A stretch of DNA of 64,000 bases from Stegostoma tigrinum (taxonomy: Eukaryota): NCBI RefSeq assembly GCF_030684315.1, contig NC_081361.1, forward strand, positions 32,842,704 through 32,906,703, written 5' to 3'. Of this stretch, positions 51,001 through 63,696 are shown in pieces. The notes under the pieces are model-generated. The model was not told the DNA's origin. It was given only the letters and a program-made list of their open reading frames with translations, and made no database searches. Every line of letters starts with the position of its first letter. Position 1 is the first letter of the stretch. Position numbers and translations under genes: made by a program.

Positions 51001-52690
51001 TACTTGTTCAGCGTTTAAATGGTGGAGCAGGCTTTTTAATTCTATTTACCCTTGTTGGCCATTTTGTGTCTTTCAAATATGGGCAGCCCTTCCAACTTCC
51101 AACCAACTCTGGCCAGCTCCTCTCTATGTCTTTGTAGTTACCTTTATTCAAATATAATACTGTTACATCTGATTCTAGAATCTCCCTATCAAACTGCAGG
51201 GTAAATATTATGCTCACTACCTCCTCGGCATTCCTTCACCTTAAGCGCCTTAATCAAGTATGCCTCATTATATATCACCGAATCCAGAATTGCCTGTTCG
51301 CGAGTCGGACCTACTACAGGCTGCTCCAAGAAAAACATCTAGTCGACATTCTACAAATTCCTTTTGAGATCTGCGACCAACTTGATTTTTTTGCATATTG
51401 AAATCTCCCATGATTATTGTAATAGTGCCTTTCTTGCGTGTCTTTTCTATCTCCTGAGTATTTTTCTTCTCCACATCCTGACTACTGCTTGAGGCCTATA
51501 CACAACTCCCATCAGGGTCTTTTATCCTTTGTGGTTCCTCAACTCTACCCGCATAGATTCTACACCTTCAAACTCTATAATTACTTCTTGCAAATCAATT
51601 TAATTTCTTACCAACAAGGCAACCCAACCCTCTGCCCATCTGTCTGTCCTTTTGAAAGGATGTGTATTCTTGGATAGCGAGTTCCCAGCCCTGATCCCCT
51701 CACAGCCACGTCTCTGTGATACTGGCAAAATCGAACCTGCTAATTTTAACCTGTGCTACAATCTCGTTTATCTTGTCTCTGTCTGCATTTGAGTGCAACA
51801 TTCTCAGTCCCACATTGACTGACCCCGTCTCCTATTTGTCCCCGTATGTGCTGTATCTGAGGTTAGATTTCTGACCTTTCCATATTTTCTGTCTTATTAC
51901 TTGTTCTAGAAACTAATACCCTCTGCTGAGCGCCACCCTCCACCTCTCCTTTACCTCTTTCCATAATTTTCCATGCAACTGAACCCACCTACCCCGACTG
52001 ATTATTTATTTTAAACCTCTATCCATGGACGTGGTTATGTGGTTTCCAAGGACTCTGGTCGCAGTAGAATTCAGACGGAGCCTGTCCCATCAGAACATCT
52101 CCTTCCATCTGCAGTACTGGTGCCAATGTCCCATGAATTCGAACCCATTTTTCCCATGCCAATCTTTGAACCATGCATCTACCTCTTTAACTTTGTTGAC
52201 CTTGTGTGCCAATCTGCATGTGGATCACGTTGTAATCCAGAGATTACCTTTTCGGCTCTGCGTTTTGACCCCTAGTTGCTCATATTCCCCAGCCGAACCT
52301 CTTTCCCCTTTCTACCTATATCATTGCTACTTATGTGGACCATGACTTGATCTTTCGCCTCACACTCCAAGTTCCTCTGCAGCCCAGATAAGCTATCCCA
52401 AACCTGGGCACCCGACAGCGAATACAGCCTTTGAGGCTCTTGATCCTGACCACAGAGAACAGTGTCAATTCCCCTGACTATACTAACCCGATTACAACTA
52501 CATTTCTCTTTTCTTCCCCCACTTTAATGGCTCCCTGTACCATGGTACTCTGGACAGTCTTCTCATTCTCCCTATAGGCCCCCACTCTCTTCCACACACG
52601 GACCAAGAATCTCAAACCTGTTAGACAAGCTCTGGAGCTGAGTCTCCTTCAGCACTACCTCCTCGATCCCCCTACGAACTCGACCTACCT
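48084..52690 (-). mobile_element. Long decayed CR1-type LINE with deletions, interrupted at ~49772-51089
   Basis: 3' end at ~48084; CKSRAVLLRLYKGLVRPHLKYCEQIWAPYLRKD; LNKGNYKD; endonuclease TIIMGDFN; ORF1-like LSNRFEIL near 52620. Confidence 0.8.
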
Positions 52691-54109
52691 GTGTGCTCAA
52701 AGCCATGAGGGATCCAGGAGGAGTACATAAAGAATAGTTGTTTCCATTTGTGGTAAAGCTGAGAATTAATGGTGACAGATTTAGCAAAAGAACCAATGGT
52801 GACATGAGGAAAACATTTTTAAGGAAAGATGGTTAGGGTTTTTAATTAAGCCCAAGAGTGTTGAGGAGGCAGATTCAATCATGGGGATTGCATAAGCGCT
52901 GGAAATAAAAATAATTTTCAGAGTTATGAGGAAAAACCAGAGTAATGAGATGAACTGAGTTGTTCCAGTGGATAGAAAACACTGACTCAATGGGGTGAAT
53001 GGTATTAAATTTGGCTATCTTCACATGGGATTTATTTTTTGTCCTCGCATTGCAAAGGTTGTATACTGGTTGACCGATTTGAGAAACATCCTGCCTCTCA
53101 GTGATAGCCTGACGCCAGCAGTTAAAGGAACAGAGACTGGGCATTTCTGCTTCTTAAAGGCAGAGCCATTCCAGCAGGGCCTGCAATGTGTAAGGGGTGC
53201 TGCTGGGCCTGCTGCGATGGGATGAAGACATCCAGATCGAGACATACCCAGTATCGTGGAGAGTGGATGAATGCGGGAGTTTAAAGAAAGGAGTAAAGGG
53301 GCTTAGGTCTTGGAGGCCATGCAGGGAAAATGAAAGGGGCTAACATTTTGGGGATGAAGTGTTCTCAATCAGCACACTGCACTCATTAGTTGATGTATCT
53401 TTCTTCTGACTCACCTTTTCCTGAAAGCTGTTTTAAAAATGGCCTTCTCCCTCCTGCCTGCTCATACCAACCTCATCATTGTGTGTATAATGTAATTGTT
53501 GGTCAAACACAGAAAATGCTGGAGAAATTCAGCAGGTAAAGTAGTATCTGCGGAGAGTGAAACTGAGTTAGTGGTTCAAATTCAGTATGTCTCTTCTGCT
53601 AGCCTCAGTGACCAAATAACCACTTCCATTTATTGTAAAATCCTATCTGGTTTACTAATTCCCTGCAGGGAAGGGGATCTGCTGTCCTTACCTGGTCTAG
53701 TCATTGTCTGGCCTTCATGTAAACTTCCAACACACAGCAATGTACTGGCTCTTAAATGTCCTCTGAGCAATAAATGGTGGCATACTCAGCAATGTCTGCA
53801 TACAATAAATCCAAAAAGTAAACCTCCTACTGGCAGGCTTTGTAAGAATGCCACTCCTACTTTCTTCTTTCTGAAATAAAATGATCTCTTTAATGCTGAG
53901 ATCCTGGCTAGCGCTCCCTCAGAAATGCGGAGTGTTATTTCTATTCTGACAGTTCTTCTGTACCACAGAACCATTACAGGAAGGCAACCATGCCTACTTT
54001 TCACAGCAGTCAGCTGCTGCATTCTGATATTTAAAGGTCTTGACAGCCATTTTGAAAGATGCTTTTGTAAATATGTAAGGTAAATGTGATATTAACATTC
54101 CAGATATGT

Positions 54110-54420
54110 GGGGAGCCAGGGTCTAGGATACCAGATTAGTACAGGATAAGATGCCAGGGATGTATCCTACTCGACATTAGAGTGTCAGGGAAGTAAGGAG
54201 CTAACTGGTCATTGGGCAGCGTGCCAGGAAGTAGGATGCCCATTGGGTAGGAGGCATGGTGCCAGCCAAGTAGTGCCAACTGAGTTGGATGCCAGATGAG
54301 CAGGGTGCAGATAAGTAGGGTTATCAGCTGTATGGTGTGCCAACTGGTTAGGTGATAGGATGCAAGTTGGTTAGGGTGTGAGGTAGACAGGGTTCAAGCT
54401 GGCAAGTGGATCAGGTCAGC
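54110..54420. repeat. Highly degenerate ~19-20 bp G-rich tandem repeat
   Basis: Recurring GGATGCCAG / GGTGCCAG / GTGCCAAC followed by GTAG / GTTAG. Confidence 0.4.
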
Positions 54421-56430
54421 AATGCAATGTTTAGGATCGGTGAGAGAAATCTAATCTGGCAGGGCGTGGGGAAGGTAATGGCTTTTTGGTCTGGTATGGT
54501 CATGTTCGCTGCCTGGAGTGGAGGGGAGCGGTCAGGTCCAGTGGCAGGAAGGTTGAGGTCAGTCTGTTGTTGTGAGGTGGGGTATCAAGTGTAGTATAAA
54601 ATACTTAATCAGGAGTTACATTGTGTGTTAAGCAGTCTGACTTTTTCTGGATAGCTATTTTATTAAATTTCCCCCAAAGTCTCCAATTTGAATGGAGAGT
54701 ATTCGAGAGTGACCAGCGTAGGAGAATTGCCCAGTGGAAAATTAATTTTTACTGGCAATTCCTTGAGAACATGTCAGGAATTCTATAGGGTCCATCACAA
54801 CACCTAACACTACTGGAGTTATGACTGTTTGGCCAGTAGAAAATCCAAGTCAATATGTCTTTGATTGTTTCTGGGAGAGCAATGAATGAGTTGAGTTGCA
54901 AATATTTCACTTGATTTGCTTCAAACTTCTGCAGGGAAAGATGCATTAAGACTGCATTTAACCTAAAATAATGTAACGAATTTAAGGTGAAATGTGATTC
55001 ATTAAATTAAGAACCACACTTTGAAACGTGAGCACTGAGAACATGCACATAAAAAAATTGTACATCTATAAATGTTGAAAACAGTGCTTTTGAATCAGAG
55101 AGTTCCCTTACCACAAAAGTCATAAAGCATTGTATTTCAACTTAACTTTGGGCAAAGTATTAAGATTAGGATGGTATCATCAATTTATTAGCTCATTGTA
55201 CCTATAACTGAACAGCGAAGACTAGTGAAAATAATCAAGTGCATCTTAATTAAGAGAAGTCACACCATCGCAACATAGTTTTATTGAACAAATTGTTCCA
55301 GCAAGCTAATTTAGATGTTGGATTGAAACTATTTAAAAAATGATAGACAAGAGCAGGACAACAGGTCTCCTCTGTAATAGGTGATCAGTCACAGCAGCAC
55401 AAACCTTTATCAACCAATGGCTCACTTAAAAATAGGAAGACTGGCATTTATATAGTACCTTTCACAGTCACAAGCACACCCCAAAGCACTTTAGAGCCAA
55501 TGAGGTAGGTTTTAAGAGTGATCACTGGTAAACCGCTTATGCCCAGTTGATAAAAAGAGGCCAGATGTAAATCTTTATGTAGTTTTTGGCGTCTTCATAG
55601 AATAACACATTACAAATGTATAGCTCGTAACCCTACAACCAGAGTCAATAGGTGTCTATTCTAATGTGTGAAACTTAATACTTCCAAAAGGCTTCTTTCT
55701 ACTACCTGTAGAAACTTAACCTTTATTTATAAATTAACTGCTACGCAAATCATGCAAGAACCACAGCAGCCAATTTGTGCAGAGTAAGCTCTCATAGACA
55801 GCAATGCGATAATGATCAGATCATGTTTTAACTTATCTGTGGACAAGAACAGGCAAGTTAAATGAAAGGTAAAAGAAAGAAAACAAGTGAAGAAAAAGAT
55901 AGAAGTTGGACCTGAAATTAAGCAGCTATATAATGTCAAAAGAAGGTAGAAGGCTGTCCTTTTGTAATGAATCCTTACTACAGCCTAGCTTGAGTTCTCA
56001 CAGACATCTGTGTCAAAAAATGTTCTCTGCTTCCAGTCTGCAAGCTGAAATTTGATATAGGAGGCTAAAATGCCACTGGAGATTGAAACATTCTGCTTGC
56101 ATTGGCAACCTACAATGTTTCAGAAAATGTAGATCTGAAATAGAAAGACTTGAATAATCTATTACTTGTAACATGCAGCATTGTGTCCTCTGGTAGCAGA
56201 CTCTCCCTCTTCATTGAAGATTTGACTTGTTCTATTGATTTTACTGGCAATGATTTGGGGACCCACCTGCCCAAAGTCCTGGCGTGCCTGCATACATTCT
56301 GTGAAGACCGTCTTCAAATTCTTGCACTGAGTCAAGGGGCAGAAGTTATTTGTCCTTTAGACAGGACAGTGATCCATGGAAACCTTGCAGTTAACACAAA
56401 AATTATGGCAACTCTGGTGCAAGATGCTCA

Positions 56431-56790
56431 ATTGATCTTATAGAAATTTGTAAAATCATGAGGGGCACGGATAGGATGAATAGTCAAGGTCTTTTCCCCA
56501 ATGTGGTGGAGTCTAAAACTAGAGGGCATAGGTTTAAGTTGAGAGAGGAAAGATTTAAAAGGGGCAACTTTTTTGTTTACAGATGGTGGTGCATGTATGC
56601 AATGAGCTGCCAAAGGAAGTGGTCAAGAATGGCAGAATTACACCATTTAAAAGGCATGTGGATGGGTATATGAAAGGAAGGGCTTAGAGGGATATGGGGC
56701 AAATGCAATTAGTTTAATTTAGGATATCTGGTCTGCATGGATGAGTTGGACTGAACGGTCTGTTTCCATGCTGTACGTCTATGTCTATAA
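56431..56790 (+). mobile_element. CR1/HER1-type LINE 3' end
   Basis: MRGTDRMNSQGLFPNVVESKTRGHRFKLREERFK plus the UTR GGATGAGTTGGACTGAACGGTCTGTTTCCATGCTGTA. Confidence 0.85.
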
Positions 56791-57299
56791 CTGGATGAAG
56801 TCACTGCTTTGAGTGAAAATGCAATAGAAGTAAACACATTAGAAGTTGAAGGAAGTGCTTTGAGGCCTGAACAGTATCCTCTCTGCTCATGGAATTGGAG
56901 TGTTCTTATATCTTCTGAGATAGCTGTCTGACTACTGCCCTGTCTTGCTCTCCTGATGGTTGGGCGACCTTCATTTACTGTCCAATATACTATGGCCAGT
57001 CTGCTGTGTTTTCTTCATACTATCCAATGATTCCCCCAAGCTCTTTGCTTCCTGCAGCCAACCTCTATGGAGTGTCACCACCTTTCCAGTCCATTGGCAG
57101 TGCATGGAAGATTGTTAGAGAACCTGAAGTAGAATAGAATGAAACTGAAAATAACAATGAGAACTCTGATCCAAGTTTAAACAGCAAATGCTGTGAAGTG
57201 CAACATCTTTGTGTTGTCTTATAACTATCACCTTGAAAAAGTATTTTTAATGAGTGAGTTTCATTTCGTTAGATCACTTGTTTGGAACTATAACAAATG

Positions 57300-57490
57300 G
57301 ATGGAGAAACTCAACAGGTCTGGCAGCACCTGTGGAGAGGAAACAGAGTTAGCCTTTTTGAGTCCAGTGACCCTTTTTCAGAGCTTGAAACATTAACTGT
57401 TTTTTCTCCATAGATACTGCCAAGTCTTCCGAGTTTCAGCAGCGATTTCTGATTCAGTTAGTTTCAGATCACCAGCAGTTCTTCGTTTGA
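57300..57490. mobile_element. Old fold-back PLE terminal-repeat insertion, family B-like
   Basis: GGAGAAACTCAACAGGTCTGGCAGCACCTGTGGAGAGG..GAGTTA followed by the inverted TAACTG..TCTCCATAGATACTGCCA..GAGTTTC, with a tail remnant CAGCAGTTCTT. TSD not resolved. Confidence 0.65.
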
Positions 57491-59824
57491 TTTCATTATT
57501 TTGAACTATAGTAGATTAGACCCTTAAGACTGAAGAGTTTTCTCCTAATAGCCATCTGCAAATTATAACATCTTAAATTCAGATATATCAGTTTACATTC
57601 TAAATGTATTTTATCTTCTGTCTCAATTAGCTGAGCATACTAAATGTATTTTAATATAGAATATAATGGGCAGAATGTTTCAGCAGTCTCTGTTGAATAT
57701 ATTGATGCATTTTTTCAAATGATGGGAAGACTGAGCTCAGTGTTTCTTTATTGAAGGTCCTACCTTCGAAAATATCCATTAATTAAATGTTTTTAAATAA
57801 CATGGCTCTGGAATTCATTATACAAGAAATACTAAGTAAAAAAGAAATTTTAAGAAAGCAAAATCAGGTCATTTGATTGACAACAGATCACAACAATTAA
57901 GAATAATTCAACATTTAACAATTTATCACACATTTCCACAAAGTTTGTGACGGTAAATGTGAGTTACAATAAATACCTCTCTGCACATTATGTGAGGCAC
58001 GATTATTTACCTTTAAACAAGAGGTTAAATAATGCAGATGCTGTAAGTCTAAGCCTGCTAGAAAAGTTTCCATTTTCAAGTTCCACTCCAGAGACCTGAG
58101 CACAGCATGCAGTATTGAGGGGAACAAACAAACAGAAATTACTTGGGAAAATTAGCATGTCTGGAAGGATCTGCGAAGACAAAACAGAGTTAATGTTTCA
58201 ACTCCAGTAACCCATCTTCAGTACTGAAGGGAGTGCCACACTGGTCTCTTTCAGGTGAAAGCTTAAACCAAGGGCTGTCTGACCTATCCAGTGAACCTAA
58301 AAGGATTCCATGATGTTATTTTGGAGGAGGGTAGCAGAGAGGATTACAAGAGACCCAAAGGACATATGTCCAACAAAGCCACAGTGACAGCAGCAGATAG
58401 CTACACGGACAGATACTGAAGTAGTGATACAACAACTGCAACAACAGGATGCTGGCTGATGAATTGAAATATTACAAAGATGGAAATACGCTAGTGAAGA
58501 GATAAGGACTCTACAGCTGGAACTGGAATACTGAGCAAGAAATTGAAGGAGAACGTATGGGAAAGAGAGAGCTTCAAATCTTATAATCATTCATCGGATG
58601 TAGTCATCACTGGCTGGACCAGTTAATGCCCATCTCTGTTTGCCCTGGAGAAGGTGGTTGTCAGCGTCCTACTGGAGTTCATGCTGAGGTGAGGTTAGGT
58701 ACACGAAGAGTATGTCAGGAAGGGAGTTCCAAGACTTTGACAGTGAAGGAACAGTAACCTATCTCCAGGTCAGGGTGGACAGCATCTTGAAGGGGAACTT
58801 ACAGCATGTATTGGTGCTCACATGCATCAATGGCCCTTGTTGTGACTGGGTGTTGGGGAAGTGATAGCCTTATTAGTCAGCTAATATGGGTTATGGCATA
58901 TCTCTTTTCTAAAAAAAAAGTGCTTAAATTAACAATTGTGGCAGTAAAACATTTTTAAAGCTGAAAGAGCTACATATTTAACGAAAAGGAAAAATTGCAG
59001 TGTTAAAATTCTCTTAAACCATCGCGACTAACCTCTGCTCCCCAATAGAAATACAATTTGAGGATCATCGGTGGAAGAAAAAGCAGCTTGCGTCCCATGT
59101 TAAATTCACCATTTACTGTTCTGCTGAACTCCTATTTTGTAGAAGAATCCATGACACAGTCTGAAACCGGAAAATGTATCTCCAAAGCAATGAAATTCCT
59201 TTACCCCAAACTGTGAAACAGCACTATCTTAGAGTTAATTTAATGCTGAAGAGTTATTTTAATCAACCTGTTCATATATGATATGACACACCGCCAGGCC
59301 AGATGGGATGAACCCAGTTCATCTTGCTCAGCACAATGCAGTAAGACTCCAAATAAATTCAAATTCTACAAGGTGGCAATCTTCTGATGCTAAAACAAGT
59401 GTGACTATACTTTTAGGTATCATTTCTACAGTTCCCTCCCCCCCCCCCCCAGAGAAATAGGTTTTTAGGGTATTTATCCACGAGGAGGATTTGATTCTAT
59501 TCTCTACTAAGAAGGAAGTTGGAACTGTGTTGCCTTTAGCAGCTGCTCTTTTCAGAATTTTCAATTTTCAAAAAATTGACTTTATTCGTAAAAAATATCT
59601 TTTATAGACGTACATAGCCAGTAGAGCAGTTCGCTTCTGTAAGGTCTTTACATATTAAGGACAAACAAATCCAGCGCACTCGTTACTTATACATGATTAC
59701 ATTTGAGGCACCGTGAGGATTGATAACTGAACGGAAGTGTTTTATTTCATGTCAAGAGTCAGAGGAAGAGAATGCAATCTTACCAGACGAGGTACAGTCA
59801 TGGAGATACTTCAGTGACAACCCC

Positions 59825-59913
59825 CACAGACACGTTGTGACAGACCTCTCGGGTATGCAGGGATTCGAACACAGATCTCCTACGCCAGAGCTCGGGATGC
59901 TACCATCGCACCA
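59825..59913 (-). mobile_element. tRNA-derived SINE head relic
   Basis: Minus strand TGGTGCGATGGTAGC (A box)...GTGTTCGAATCCC (B box). No complete cloverleaf. Confidence 0.5.
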
Positions 59914-60535
59914 AAAGAATCTAAAACCGAGACTCATATACTGTAGCCAAACCAACTATCTGGTCAGTGATGAAGCCACCTTCGGCCCCTCTGTCGGGAC
60001 TGTTCGTGCAGCGGTGGGTGATCAGGCAGTTCGTGTGAATTCCTGGCTCCCCGCACTTGACTGGCTCATCTTGGATTACATTCATCGCTGGCATACAGGT
60101 ATCTGCAGAGGACGGACTAACTGAGCTTGGTGACTAAACTGCAAACAACGCGAAATGCTCCTACCTCCCCAACCCACCCCCCTTCTCCTTTAAGACTCTC
60201 TTTATATTCAGGACGTCACAAGTGCGTTAACTGGCAACTGGTGTGACATTGGATGAAGGGGGTTGGGTGTTGGGTCACAGTTACTGCTAAGTGAGCCAAC
60301 TATTCTTAACTTTCAGGTTCACCGCCCCCATCAGCTACAAAGTGTAGGGGTACTGAACAACTTCTGCTTTCAGCCACCATGAGTTAGCTGTTGCGACACA
60401 TTTTCAGTCTCCCTTTGGTCACTCTATTTGCGTGATCTTAAACCAAAGTGTCGAGTGCAACTTTGCACCCAATGATGATCACACGAATCTGAGCAGTGAG
60501 CATGGAGTTGCGGTTTGGATAACATCAGGTTCAAC

Positions 60536-61157
60536 ATGTTCTGGTTTGCCTCTGAGCCGCAAGGCCTGCTCTGGGAGTTGCTTTTGATGGGGGTTATGCT
60601 AGATGCTGCGTGCCCTCCCACATGTCAGTGCGACCAATTTCAAGTGAATTGCCGCAACGCTGACCTGACGACCTTTCCAAAAGCCCTTCCACTGAACACT
60701 CGGCGCCTGCATTTGAACAGCAACGGCATCGCCGAGATCAATTCTCTGGAACTCAACCTGCTCAGCGACTTGGTCTATCTGGACTGCAGCCATAACAGAA
60801 TCGCAGAGATTTCGAGGCTGCATTTCATCGGCGTGGTGAAGCTGGTCTACCTGGACCTCAGTTACAACCACTTGAACAGGATACGCTGGACGACTTTCGG
60901 GCCGTTAACTAACTTGATCACCTTGAGGCTCGACAACAACCAGAATCTGAGCGAAATCGAGAGCGGCGCCTTTTCGACCAACGTTGGGCTTCGTGAAGTC
61001 AATCTCAGCAACAACGCCTTGTTATATTTGAACACGACCTCTTTAAGGAACCTCGAAGGGTTGAAGGCCATTTACTTGTCTGGTAATCCCTGGGAATGTC
61101 AGTGCACGATTGCAGATCTCAGTGAGTGGATGTATGAAAACAATGAAACCTTTCCAG
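60536..61157 (+). CDS. LRRC52: Leucine-rich repeat-containing protein 52 (BK/Slo gamma-2-like), exon 1; exon 2 not found in window
   Basis: CPPTCQC..C LRRNT. PLNTRRLHLN, LLSDLVYLDCSHNRI, FIGVVKLVYLDLS and LSGNPWECQC closely recall mammalian LRRC52 (PLNTRRLFLN, LLSDLVYLDC.NNRI, FIGVFKLIYLDLS, from memory). First in-frame ATG at 60536. Phase-1 donor CCAG|GTGAGG at the same position as in gene 1. Confidence 0.85.
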
Positions 61158-61656
61158 GTGAGGTTCACATTCAAAAACTATAATCTATCCATTTCATGTG
61201 TGCATGATGCTATTTCTAGCAACGCAGTGGGTGCCAAGGTTGTTGTGAATACATTGGGAAATTTTTTTGGGGGGAAAAATACTTGTGTTAGCAGAAATCA
61301 TGGGTGTTCTGATTTAAGGAATGGGCTATTTAACTGTTCCAGCCCAATCCACTGCCTCTCAAGTCAGATCCTGGCTGATCTGCAACCTAACTTCTTAGAC
61401 TGTGCTCTGTCTCCTTTTAAAACCTTTGGCAAAGAATAAGTTACCAATTTTGTAGTCACTGAGAGTCTGAGTTATGAATCAAAAGTACTAGAAGAAAACT
61501 CTGTAGCTTAGGCAGCATCTGTGGAGAGAAGCATAAGGTCATATTTCATGTTGATGACCCTTCATCAGATTCTCATTATCTAAAAATATCAATTTCAGTT
61601 TTAAAATTAACAATTTTAATCAAACATCAAATGATCATTTCCAGCAGATAATTCCA

Positions 61657-62365
61657 GTTCACCTGCACATCTGCCAATGTGGTATACTGTATCCGCTGTA
61701 CCCGTTGTGGCCCTCTCTACATTGGGGACGCTTGGGGACCGCTTTGCGGAACACCTCCGCTCGGTTCGCAACAAACAACTGCACCTCCCAGTCACGAATC
61801 ATTTCAACTCCCCCTCCCATTCCTTGGACAACATGTGCATCCTCAGCCTCCTGCAGTGCCACAATGACGCCACCCGAAAGCTGCAGGAACAGCATCTCAT
61901 ATTTTGCTTGGGAAGCCTGCAGCCCAATGGTATCAATGTGGACTTCACAAGCATCAAAATCTCCCCTCCCCCATCACATCCCAAAACCAGCCCAGCTCAT
62001 CCCCGCCTCTGTAACCATTCCTCCCACCTCAAGCCCCACCCTCATCTCTTATCCACTAACCTCACCCTGTCTCCTCGACCTGTCCGTACTCCCTGGACCT
62101 ACCTATTCCCCTCCCTAACTCCCCACCTACATTCACCTTCACTGGCTTCAAACCCACCTCTTTGACCTGTCTATCTCCTCTCCACCTATCTTCTCCCTTA
62201 ACGATTTTCTATCCGCCTCTGCTTCCCCCTCTCTCCCTATTTATTTCGGATCCCCCCTTCCCCGCCCCCATTTCTGAAGAAGGGTCTGAACCTGAAACGT
62301 CAGCCTTCCTGCTCCTCTGATGCTGCTTGGCCTGCAGCGTTCATCCCTCTCTACACCATATTATC
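61657..62365 (+). mobile_element. 5'-truncated Penelope-like element in LRRC52 intron 1
   Basis: NVVYCIRCTRCGPLYIG, LGDRFAEHLRSVR..HFNSPSHS, pyrimidine-rich UTR, hammerhead-like CTGAAGAAGGGTCTGAACCTGAAACGTC (62274-62301). Confidence 0.88.
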
Positions 62366-63696
62366 CACCATTATGTATTCCTTTTATTTAGATCAATGGA
62401 AGTAAAGTAGAATGGAATAAGTTGTTTTCCCATTCATATCTCAAATACATCAATTAATTTCCAGTGAATACATTGTGTAATCTCTCCTCTTAATTTACCC
62501 CTTGCAATTCACATTTCATTCTGGTGAAATCGACTGCAGATTTTCCTAAAGTGTGGTGCCCAAAACTGTTCACAGTATTCCAGATGCATTCTAACCAGAG
62601 CATTTTCACTTGCAGCTCAGTTTTAATACTTAAACCAAACCCAAGAGAGAAACAGAGTCAACTGTCAAAAAAGGCAAGGGCTCAATAATTAGCTGTAGGT
62701 GCTTTGCTTCTGGATTCGAACTCTCCCAAGAACAGATATGAGTTCTAATTGACTGGAAAATCAATAAGATGAATAGATTTTTCTACGTGAGTTAGAGAGT
62801 GCAGGAGAAAAAAAAATCCTCCAGACCCCCTTGAAATGTATAACAGCTCAACCAGAGAAGTCAGAGAACTCGGATGTCATCAAGAGTCTTCAATGAAACA
62901 TGAATCTTTCATTTCCCTTCCAGGCAGGCTGAAGCTTCTGCCTGTTTATTTCCAGTATTTTCCATGTTTTGGATTGAAGGGGTCAAGCTTTAAAAACAAA
63001 TAAAGGGACTAATTTTGCGTGAATAGCTGTGACTAACAGGGGGAGGCATAGGATAACATTGGGGTAGGAAAGTAGAGTTAAGGCCACAATCCGTTCAGAC
63101 TTGATCTTATTAAATGGCAGCGCAGGCTCCTATTCCAAATTTTTATCTTCGTATATGGATTTGAATTAATATTTGGGCTAATATCTCTTAAAGTAAGCAG
63201 GAAACCATTGAGAGTGCATGTACTGCGTAAATCTAGTTGAAATAATTCTGAATAAAGTTAAAGGCTTTGCAATTTTGATTGACCAGATGCCAAGTATGTC
63301 CAGTTGATTTAGAACAGCAGTCAGTGACACTAATAAGATGCTGAATGTCATATCCAAAATTGTAGACTAGAAGCCAAAGGTGGTAAAATAGTGATCAAAC
63401 TGCATAATAGATACCTTGAAACTACATCCAGTTCTAGCCATGAGAGAACAAGAAGCACACATGTTTAAGCACTGAATACACATTGGAGAAGATCAATCAA
63501 GTTATGCACAGTGACAAAGCCTGAATTAAGAGAGATTGTGTTTTCAGTCTTGGAAACTAAGCCCTGTTGAGATGATTTTACAGATTTGTGTTAGATACTT
63601 AAGGTGATAAATTGGAAACAACACCCGAGAAAACTTTTTAAACTTAAACATTGGGACACAAATCCTAACCACCAGAGGTAACTTGGGAGTTGATAT

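Noticed and set aside
58380-58560. Gln/Glu-rich coiled-coil-like reading (VIQQLQQQD..EEIRTLQLELEY)
   Set aside because: Multiple stops, no splice signals and no recognisable family; cannot be supported.
74-62365. CRISPR-like array or miRNA cluster suggested by the recurring GCTGGATGAACACAGCAGGCC repeats and hairpins
   Set aside because: The repeats are dispersed, unspaced and continuous with PLE 3' ends; this is eukaryotic retroelement sequence.
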